Below are positions 47,062 through 57,400 of a stretch of DNA of 64,000 nucleotides, in pieces; the stretch's first letter is position 1, and each line of letters starts with the position of its first letter. The position numbers were made by a program, and so were the translations under genes. The notes under the pieces were generated by a model. The model made no database searches, had not been told where the DNA came from, and saw only the letters and a list, made by a program, of their open reading frames with translations. This stretch comes from Macrostomum hystrix (Eukaryota > Animalia > Platyhelminthes), in assembly GCA_950097015.1 (NCBI GenBank), contig CATNEN010000007.1:8432001-8496000 (forward strand), in the 5' to 3' direction.

Positions 47062-48006
47062 ATGCTGCAGCTGCTCTTCCTCATCCTGGCCACCGTCTGC
47101 CGCGGGGCCGTCGGCAACCTGGCCCTGCGCTGTCCCGACCTCGACGCCAAAATCGTCTGCCTGCAGGCCGAGTCCGGCTTCACCTATAACGACGGCTGCA
47201 ACAGCATCACCTGCAGCAGCGGCGATGTGGCCAGCACAACCCTGATGGCCTGCCCGAAGCCGCAGACCCGGGCTGAGCGAGTCAGCTGCGAGAACGCGGC
47301 CCGCGCCGTGTGGAGCCGCCTCGGTCCATTCACCTGCTACAACATTGTGGCCGATTCTGTCTGCGCCAGGCGTGGCGCCGGCTTCGCCTTCAGCGACGGA
47401 TGCAACCGCGTCCGCTGCCTGGCGAACAGCGGCCACTCAAGCACCCGCATGGCCTGCCCCGTGACCGACCCCGCTGGCCCGTACTGCCGCTTTGTGGCAT
47501 CCCTGCTGGAGGTGCAGGCCGAAGAGAAGCCCGTGGAGTCCCGCACCGGTGCGCTCGACGAGGCGGAGTTCGAGTGCACGGAGCTGAGTCACAGCCGCGT
47601 CTGCGCGGAGTTCCTGCCTGGCTTCCAGTACAACGACGGCTGCCGCAACGTCACCTGCGTGTCAGAAGGCCTGGCCCGGCTGGCCGACAGCCGCGGCTGT
47701 CCCGAGCCGGAGCCCAACAACGAGGCCGCGGCCATCTACTGCCGCGAGGCGAAGCGCCGCTTCCAGGAGAAGAAGGACCGCTCGCGCTTCTACACCACCT
47801 GCCTGGACGCCGAGAGTGTCTGCCGCGGCCGGCGCACCGCCGAGCTGTCCTTCTTCGATGGCTGCAACCGCTGCTTCTGCCTGCCGGATCGCACTGCCGC
47901 CTGCACCCGGGCCGCTTGCCCGCCGATGTTCTTCACCCAGGAGGAGTTCGCCACTCACTGCCAGCAGGCGGGCGCCGGAGTGCTGACCCAGCGAAGGCGG
48001 AAGTAG
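47062..48006 (+). CDS. Secreted multi-domain pacifastin-like serine protease inhibitor B (314 aa, 4 modules, intronless), paralog of A
   Basis: Signal peptide MLQLLFLILATVCRG; same module pattern; terminal SFFDGCNRCFCLPDRTAACTRAAC. Confidence 0.8.
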   Translation: MLQLLFLILATVCRGAVGNLALRCPDLDAKIVCLQAESGFTYNDGCNSITCSSGDVASTTLMACPKPQTRAERVSCENAARAVWSRLGPFTCYNIVADSVCARRGAGFAFSDGCNRVRCLANSGHSSTRMACPVTDPAGPYCRFVASLLEVQAEEKPVESRTGALDEAEFECTELSHSRVCAEFLPGFQYNDGCRNVTCVSEGLARLADSRGCPEPEPNNEAAAIYCREAKRRFQEKKDRSRFYTTCLDAESVCRGRRTAELSFFDGCNRCFCLPDRTAACTRAACPPMFFTQEEFATHCQQAGAGVLTQRRRK

Positions 48007-48967
48007 AGGAGGCGGACAGCTGTTGCGCTGCTTCCACAAGAAGTACCGCCTAGACTCCTCTTCTAAACATTTTAATAAAGTTAATTCCTAACCTGCTTGT
48101 TTACTCTCGTCCTAAATATGCAAAATAAAATTCAGATAAAGCTTCCCACGGACCCGTATAGTACAATACGCGTGAAGGTCAGACTATTATTAAGTCAAGG
48201 CTGGCCAGTTGTGAAATGCCTGCTCCTCAATGATTCGGAGAATTTTGTGTTCAATTTGGCACGCCAATTCCCTCATTTTCATTCCCAGCTCGAGCTCTCC
48301 ATTGACGGCTGATTGAGGGGAATTCTCAGGCTGGTGCGTGAGCGCAGAGGCTGGTACATTGAGCTGCTCACCTTGAGCACCTGCTATTAATTACTCACTG
48401 ATGAAGGCGCAATCAGACACAAGAAATTTGGTCACTCGGGAATTCACTTCTGCTTCTGTTGCGGGATAATTAAAGGAAGGAGTACTGGGAAATTAGAAAT
48501 TGAACAGACGAATGGGGTAGGACAAGACAAGTGGAGTAGCGGTCGTGTAAATATGCCAGATCTATAATTCTATAGGTCGTGACGGTCGTGAGATCATTGG
48601 GGGCATTGACCTGCGCACAGCTTTTTAGTGACGACTCAGCTTTATCAACAAAGTGTACTGTCTACCTCTCCTGACCCCGCTGGCCGGAGGGCTGCCACCA
48701 TTGCTCTCCGGTCCGGTACGCGCTCTCAGCGTGGCTGCGTCCGCTCCTCTGCTCGGTACAACATCAGCGTTGACTGGCTCCTTGCTGACGGCAACCACCC
48801 CATCGGTGTCCGGAATGATTCGCAGTTCGGCCCCCCACCTATTGTCTGGCGACCTCGCGGGGCCCGACTTGCGTGCTAGCCTCCCGGGACTAGGCCTGTT
48901 TCAACACCAACAGCAGCAGCGGCAGCAGATTTAGTTTCAGTAGTAGTACCAGTAGTACCAGTAGTAG

Positions 48968-49330
48968 TTGGGGGAGTGGCAGAGCGGTCTTACGCGTTTG
49001 CCTCTCGCACCAAGGCCCCTGAGCTCGATTCGGCGGCGAGGCCACATTCATTTGGGGCGCAGCCACAGACAGAAAGTTTTAGGGCTTGTCGTGCAATTTA
49101 CGCTATTGAGGGCCAACCTTTCAAGGCTCAGTGAAAGTGTACACTGCCTGCCAGAGATGTAGAAACCTATGTGAGCGTATGCCTGTACTGCGTACAGTAT
49201 CTGTGTGCGTGTGTTGTCAGGAGTCAGCGTTGGTGACGCTGAATGTCACCAAATGATGTGCCATTGCTCACAGCCCTCCCGCAATTATTATTATTATTAT
49301 TATTATTACCTATACTAATTATTATTTTAG
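48968..49330 (+). mobile_element. Near full-length tRNA-derived SINE (family A), ~350 bp with (ATT)n tail
   Basis: A box tggcagagcgg; B-box-like gagctcgattc; conserved body; 3' end tgtcaccaaatgatgtgcc...cagccctcccgcaattattattatt. Confidence 0.8.
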
Positions 49331-50261
49331 AAGTGTAAGTAGTGTAGTACACACAGTATCAGTGGAGCATAGAACAGCAGTGACACTGTAGTGGTAGCGG
49401 GCAGCTTCACATTCTTGTGCTAGCCTAAGAAGCTCTGTTCTCCAAGCAGGTAACATCCAATACGAAGCAGGGGGTTGTGGCGTTGGCATGGGGCAGCACA
49501 CGAGCTCGATAATCTCTGCAGATTAGCGACTCGAGCTGTTCCACTAAAAGCAATCAGAATGCCGAAACACGCCCCCTGGGCCTTCTGGGTATTTCAACAG
49601 CGGATGCAGATGGAACTAGGCAAAAAGCAGGAGGCGGAAGATGTACTCAAACGAATCCGGCGCTATCCAGCCCTGTCTATTTGCTGTGTCTATTGGCTTT
49701 TGTGACTGATCAATAATAATAAATAGCTGTGTGCGGAAGTAATAATAACTGGAGATCATCGACCGAAGCTGCATCTCGTGACAAACTGAAAGACTATTAA
49801 AAAACGCAGCAATTTTCCATCTTTCATCCTTTCTACTCGTAGCAAAAGCCCAAATAAGTGACAGTTGACACTTTTTTATAGATCAAAGATTGAGGCCCGC
49901 GTGTGAGTAGTCAGTGGGCTGACCATAGGCTTGGCATTGATTTCTGTATTGTTACAATGACAAAGACTCATCAAGACGCACAATTAGTGAAGTGTTCTGC
50001 GTCTCATTCTGGATAAGCACGCGTAGCATAAGCACTTGTAGCTAATATAAATAAATAGATCTCAATTACCAATGATATTTATAAAAATAAAGCTTTAATG
50101 TGCCGTGCCCGGATCTTAAAAAACTGTGCTTGTCCAGCTTGACTTGAGAAAATAAATATTCAAAACATCACTAGAAAGATCTCTAAACTGGCACTTTCAA
50201 AACGTTGATTAATCGAATTTAAAAAATATTGTCTACTTCAAAATATATGCCTACAGGGATA

Positions 50262-51472
50262 GCAGGTGGTGCTGCAGCAGGTGGGGCTGCAGCAGGTGGG
50301 GCTACAGGAGGTGGTGCTACAGGAGGTGGTGCTACAGGAGGTGGGGCTGCAGCAGGAGGTGCTGCAGGAGGTGGTGTTGCAGCAGGAGGTGCTGCAGGAG
50401 GTGGTGTTGCAGCAGGTGGGGCTGCAGCAGGAGGTGCTGCAGGAGGTGGTGTTGCAGCAGGTGGGGCTGCAGCAGGTGGGGCTGCAGCAGGTGGGGCTGC
50501 AGCAGGTGGGGCTGCAGCAGGTGGGGCTGCAGGAGGTGGTGCTGCAGCAGATGGGGCTGCAGGAGGTGGTGCTGCAGCAGGTGGGGCTGCAGGAGGTGGT
50601 GCTGCAGCAGGTGGGGCTGCTGCAAGAGGTGGTTCTGCAGCAGGTGGGGCTACAGGAGGTGGGGCTGCTGCAGCAGGTGGTGCTGCAGGAGGTGGTGCTG
50701 CAGGAGGTGCTGCAGGAGGTGCTGCAGCAGGTGGGGCTGCAGCAGGTGGGGCTGCAGGAGGTGGGACTGCAGGAGGTGGTGCTGCAGGAGGTGGTGCTGC
50801 AGGAGGTGGTGCTGCAGGAGGTGGTGCTGCAGGTGGGGCTGCAGCAGGTGGGGCTGCAGCAGGTGGGGCTGCAGCAGGTGGGGCTGCAGGAGGTGGGGCT
50901 GCAGCAGGTGGGGCGGAGGAGGTGGGGCTGCAGGAGGTGGGGCGGAGGAGGTGGGGCTGCAGCAGGTGGGGCGGAGGAGCTGGTGCTGCAGCAGGTGGGG
51001 CGGAGGAGGTGGTGCTGCAGCAGGTGGGGCTGTTGGAGGTGGGGCTGCAGCAGGTGGGGCGGAGGAGGTGGTGCTGCAGGAGGTGGTGCTGCAGGAGGTG
51101 GTGCTGCAGGTGGGGCTGCAGCAGGTGGGGCTGCAGCAGGTGGGGCTGCAGCAGGTGGGGCTGCAGGAGGTGGGGCTGCAGCAGGTGGGGCGGAGGAGGT
51201 GGGGCTGCAGGAGGTGGGGCGGAGGAGGTGGGGCGGAGGAGGTGGGGCTGCAGGAGGTGGGGCTGCAGGAGGTGGGGCGGAGGAGGTGGGGCTGCAGCAG
51301 GTGGGGCGGAGGAGGTGGGGCTGCAGGAGGTGGGGCGGAGGAGGTGGGGCTGCAGCAGGTGGGGCGGAGGAGCTGGTGCTGCAGCAGGTGGGGCGGAGGA
51401 GGTGGTGCTGCAGCAGGTGGGGCTGTTGGAGGTGGGGCTGCAGCAGGTGGGGCGGAGGAGGTGGGGCTGCAG
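50262..51472. repeat. G-rich degenerate minisatellite (gcagcaggtggggct, ~12-15-bp units) abutting the RLR stop codon
   Basis: Tandem array with frame-shifting unit variants; source of the Gly/Ala-rich and VGLQQ ORFs. Confidence 0.9.
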
Positions 51473-51477
51473 TGGAG

Positions 51478-54400
51478 CTAATGAGCAGATTTGGAAAGCA
51501 GGCTCATGTAAATCTCATCCGGCAGTCCCTCCGCCTTGGCCATGAGCTCCTGGTTGCTGAGCTCGGCAACGTTAAAGTACTTGGTGGTGTCCGTCCACTT
51601 TTTGATACCGAAGGCGGAGACATCGGTGGCCGAGTTGACGAACTTGAAGGACTCCACCTTCAGCCAGGGAAACACCAGCTCCTTGAACTTGCGAAGGCCT
51701 CCCCAAACCTTGTCGCGGCACTTGGCGCAGACCAGGCGCGCATTCAGCAGGTCGTCCTCGGAGCCGCCCTGCTTTGGCAGCAGACAAGCGCGCTGCTCCG
51801 TCAGGAAGCTGTCGTTTAGCACAACAAAGTGCTTGCCAGCCATGAGGCGCAGGTCCAGGGAGGTGCAGGCGACCGTGTTGCAGCCGGTGCACTGCAGCCT
51901 GTAAGGCGGCCCGACTGGAGCAGCGGCTGCCGCGCGCGGGACAGCGGCGGCGTTTGCCTGGATCTGGCGTATCTGGCGCAGGCAGTCCTGGTCCGACTGG
52001 AGCTTCCGCAGCTGCGGGCATGGGACCGAGGACACAGTGTTACATCACTGACACAGTGTTACACACCACTGACACAGTCATACACATCACTGACACAGTG
52101 ATACACATCACTGACACATTGATACACATCACTGACACAGTGATACACATCACTGACACAATGATACACATCACTGACACAGTGATACACATCACTGACA
52201 CAATGATACACATCACTGACACAGTGATACACATCACTGACACAGTGATACACATCACTGACACAGTGATACACATCACTGACACAGTGATACACATCAC
52301 TGACACAATGATACACATCACTGACACAGTCATACACATCACTGACACAATGATACACATCACTGACACAATGATACACATCACTGACACAGTCATACAC
52401 ATCACTGACACAATGATACACATCACTGACACAATGATACACATCACTGACACAGTGATACACATCACTGACACAGTGATACACATCACTGACACAATGA
52501 TACACATCACTGTGTCAGTGATAAACATCACTGACAAGTCGCAGCTGTACTGGCCAGCTCACCTTGGCCGTGAAATCTGGCTGGCTCATCTCGCTAATCT
52601 GGAGCACAGCGGCCCTCATGAGCTCATCACGCATTTGGTTGGTCTTCTCCTTGCGCGACAGCCAGCCCAACACTTCTGGGACGATCACGTGATAAGTGCT
52701 GCCCTCCGCGCGGCCGCGACCTTTGGACTGCACCATGGCGATCTCGTTGGTGACGTGGCAGAACCGAACCACTGTGTTGCACTTTTGCACGTCCAAGCCC
52801 TCCTCGCTGACGCTGGTGCTGATGAGGATCTGAAGTTTGAGAGGCACTGACTGACTGACTGACTGACTGACTGACTGACTGACTGGCTGGCTGGCTGACT
52901 GACTGACTGACTGACTGACTGACTGACTGACTGACTGACTGGCTGGCTGACTGGCTGGCTGGCTGGCTGGCTGACTGACTGACTGACTGACTGACTGACT
53001 GACTGGCTGACTGACTGACTGACTGACTGACTGACTGACTGACTGACTGGCTGACTGGCTGGCTGGCTGGCTGGCTGACTGACTGACTGACTGACTGACT
53101 GACTGGCTGGCTGACTGACTGACTGGCTGACTGACTGACTGACTGACTGACTGGCTGGCTGACTGACTGACTGACTGACTGGCTGGCTGACTGACTGACT
53201 GACTGACCTTGGCCACGCCACGCCGGAAGTCCACCAGAGTGTCGGTTTGCGCATTCTGCGTGATGCCACCGACAGCGCCGCGGGCGTTGGCGCCGGTCAT
53301 GATTGCAGCGCGAACGCCGCCATCGCTCAGCTCGTGCTGGGTGTAATCCAGGAAGTCCTTCACAGCGCGGGTGAAGCAGCGCTGCTGCACGAACACGATC
53401 ACCCGGGAGTCTTTGTTCTGGCGGAACTGGTCACGAAGAATCTTAGCCAGGATTTCCAGAGCCGGACTCGAACCAGCGGCCGCCGGGTGCCTTCGGCAGA
53501 AATCTTCCATGAGCGGCAATGAGCTGCGCAGGTCGCTACGCAATTGTCTGTCGAGCTGGCAGGTCGGCTCGCCGCGATCCGGGTCCAGCTCGTCCTGCAG
53601 GTAGCGGACGGCATCCACGGACCTTGGAGATGGGAATAATTTAAGTCCATCATGGGATCTATTTTGGGAATAATTCAAGTTCATCATGGGATCTATTTTG
53701 GGAATAATTCAAGTTCATCATGGGATCTAGATGGGAATGATTCAGAATGATCATGGGATCTAGATGGTAATAATTCAGGATGATCATGGGATCTAGATGG
53801 GAATAATTCAGGTTCATCATGGGATCTAGATGGGAATAATTCAGGATGATCATGGGATCTAGATGGGAATAATTCAGGTTCATCATGGGATCTAGATGGG
53901 AATAATTCAGGATGATCATGGGATCTAGATGGGAATAATTCAGGATGATCATGGGATCTAGATGGGAATAATTTAAGTTCATCATGGGATCTATTTTGGG
54001 AATAATTCAAGTTCATCATGGGATCTAGATGGGAATAATTCAGGTTCATCATGGGATCTAGATGGGAATAATTCAGGTTCATCATGGGATCTAGATGGGA
54101 ATAATTCAGGTTCATCATGGGATCTAGATGGGAATAATTCAGGATGATCATGGGATCTAGATGGGAATAATTCAGGATGATCATGGGATCTAGATGGGAA
54201 TAATTCAAGTTCATCATGGGATCTAGATGGGAATAATTCAGGTTCATCGTGTGATCTAGATGGGAATGATTCAGGTTCATCATGGGATCTAGATGGGAAT
54301 GATTCAGGTTCATCATGGGATCTAGATGGGAATAATTTAGGTTCATCATGGGATCTAGATGGGAATTATTCAGGATGATCATGGGATCTAGATGGGAATA

Positions 54401-57400
54401 ATTCAGGATGATCATGGGATCTAGATGGGAATAATTCAGGATGATCATGGGATCTAGATGGGAATAATTCAGGTTCATCATGGGATCTAGATGGGAATAA
54501 TTCAGGTTCATCGTGTGATCTAGATGGGAGTATTGCAGAATGATCATGGTACCTCAATGATGGGATTTCATGCCCTTCAGTCTTCAGAGCATCCAGATGA
54601 GGATTATTACCTAAATAGGCTGCAGATGAGGTGGGCAAAGTTGTACCGCAGCAGGTGCTTCCAGGCGGCGTGTAGCACGCAGGACGGGAGATCCCTTGAC
54701 TCCTGCTTCACCAGCTTGTGCAGTGTGCCGCAGTAGTTGGTGTAGATGAAGCTGCCCCTTGCCGAAGGCGGCCTGGGGACGTCGGACTCGGACAGTCCGG
54801 CTTCTTTGAGCAGCGCCTGGGCGAGCAGGTCCTCGGCCCGCTGCATGAGGTCGTCAATTTGGCCCAGGACTGAGTCTTCGTACGGCTTGGCTGGCGCCCA
54901 GTGCATCAGGTCGGTGGGGTCGGAGACGCTGGAGTGCAGACTGGCCAGGTTGTCCTGCACAGTGCAGAGGTCATGGCAGTCCAGGTTGGCGCAGATTTTC
55001 AGCACATGTTCCACGGCCTCCTCCCTCTTTCTGGCCTGGCCGGTGCCCGGGCTGGCCGTGAGGCCCACAATCTGGGGCAGCCGAGCCTGCGGGTGCGCGT
55101 CTCGGAACTGCGCAGCGGGGGAAGCGAGAGAATTGGCTGCACCATTGGCGCTTGGACACAGCGGCAAGTGAAAGAATAGTTGAAAAGCAAGCAGACAGAG
55201 GGGAGATTGGTCAGAGACAGAGGGGAGATTGGTCAAGAACAGAGAGAAGAAAGGTCAAAGACAGAGGGGAGATTCGTCAAGGACAGAGGGAAGAAAGACC
55301 AGAGACGGAGGGGAGAAAAGTCAGAGACAGAGGGGAGAAAGGTCAGAGACAGAGGGGAGAAAGGTCAAAGACAGAGGGGAGAAAGGTCAGAGACAGAGGG
55401 GAGAAAGGTCAGAGACAGAGGGGAGAAAAGTCAGAGACAGAGGGGATAAAGGTCAGAGACAGAGGGGAGAAAGGTCAGAGACAGAGGGGAGAAAGGTCAG
55501 AGACAGAGGGGAGAAAGGTCAGAGACAGAGGAAAGAAAGATAAGAGGCAGAGGGGAGAAAGGTGAGAGAAAGAGGCGAGAAAGGTCAGAGACAGAGGAGA
55601 GAAAGGTCAGAGACAGAGGGGAGAAAGGTCAGAGACAGAGGGGAGAAAGGTCAGAGACAGAGGGGAGAAAGGTCAGAGACAGAGGAAAGAAAGATAAGAG
55701 GCAGAGGGGAGAAAGGTGAGAGAAAGAGGGGAGAAAGGTCAGAGACAGAGGGGAGAAAGGTCAGAGACAGAGGGGAGAAAGGTCAGAGACAGAGGAAAGA
55801 AAGATAAGAGGCAGAGGGGAGAAAGGTGAGAGAAAGAGGGGAGAAAGGTCAGAGACAGAGGGGATAAAGGTCAGAGACAGAGGGGAGAAAGGTCAGAGAC
55901 AGAGGAAAGAAAGGTCAGAGACAGAGGGGGAGAAAGGTGAGAGACAGAGGGGAGAAAGGTCAGAGAGACAGAGGGGAGAAAGATAAGAGGCAGAGGGGAG
56001 AAAGGTCAGAGACAGAGGGGAGAAAGGTCAGAGACAGAGGGGAGACAGGGGAGAGATAGGTGAGAAAGGTGAGATATGCAGTGAGATGCAGCCGCACCTT
56101 AAAGTACAAGTCCATGATCTTCTTGCTGGGGTGCTCCTTGTCGCAGTGGTGGCACTCGTCGAAGATGATTAGACGAAACTTGCTCACGTCGCCCATCAGA
56201 CCGTCCACACCGTCGTCCAGAAGATTATTGAGCAGGATCTGGGTGCTGAGCACGAGCACAGAGTTCTCAATCATTGAGTAGGACACCGGAAACGGCTCCA
56301 CGGAGCCGCCGCGAAGGCAGATGATGCGGTTGCGGTGCGGCTCAGGCAGGCCGGCCTTGAAGGCCGCGTACTGCTGGTCAACCAGCTGCGTGCGGTCAGC
56401 CAGGAAGGCGATCTGCAGCGATAGCGAGCGTATCACACTACTGATTCTAACTAAATAGTCTATGAAGCATACAATTACTACAAAACATGAAAACACTAAA
56501 TTCGCAGGCGATAAAGAAACTATTCGCATAGGGCTTTGGGCGCCTAAATTTATATACAAAATCCAATAGAACCATAACCAGCGAGGAGGCAATTCTGCCT
56601 ATTCCGCTGACTTCTGAGAACACACGCACACAGATACTGTACGCAGGCACACTCACTCAGAGTTTCTCATCGTCAGAAAGTTTTACACTCTCACTGTGCC
56701 TTGGAGGTTGACCCTCAGGTGCGTAAATTGCACAAAAAACGCCCCCAAGCCTTCTCTCCGCGGCTGCGCCTCAAATTAAATGTGGCCTCGCCACGGAATC
56801 GAGATCAGGGACCTTGGTGCGGAAAGCAATCTTGTTATACCGCTCTGCCAATCATCCCCTTTGGGCACCTAAGAGTTCAAATCTTAGTCCAGTAGACAAA
56901 AACTTGGAATCTTGCAGGTTAAGCTATGAACATGAAATTATATACTCGTACAATGAGAACAAGGAAAACAGTATCGTGCTACTGATAGCTATTCAATAGT
57001 CTAGAACGGACACGAGTGATTTTTACATTCTTTCTAATTTCTAATTGAAAGCGAAGCGAAGCTGGCCAGACCTTGGCAGTTTCCGGCTCCTCCTCCAATC
57101 GGCGGGCTGCGATGGCGATGCCAACCAGCGTCTTGCCTGAGCCGGTGGGCGCCACCACCATGCAGTTGCGGCCTGCCAGGCCCGACCTCGCCAGCTCCAG
57201 CTGGTAGGCCCGCATCTGCAGCTCGCTGCTGCACCCAATCTCCTCAGCTTCGGCCTCCTCCGCTGAGGCGGCAGCTTCGGGCAGCCGGAGCTGCGACAGC
57301 AGGCCGTCTCCACCGCCTGTTGCAGACGCAGCAGCGACTTTTTCATTGCTTACATCACCGACCGAAAATAGCGGCGCAGCGGCAGCCGCGGCCGCCTCCG

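Noticed and set aside
50229-51819. Gly/Ala-rich silk- or elastin-like ORFs
   Set aside because: Non-ATG starts, no signal peptide, repeat switches frame midway, and it overlaps the RLR 3' end in antisense.
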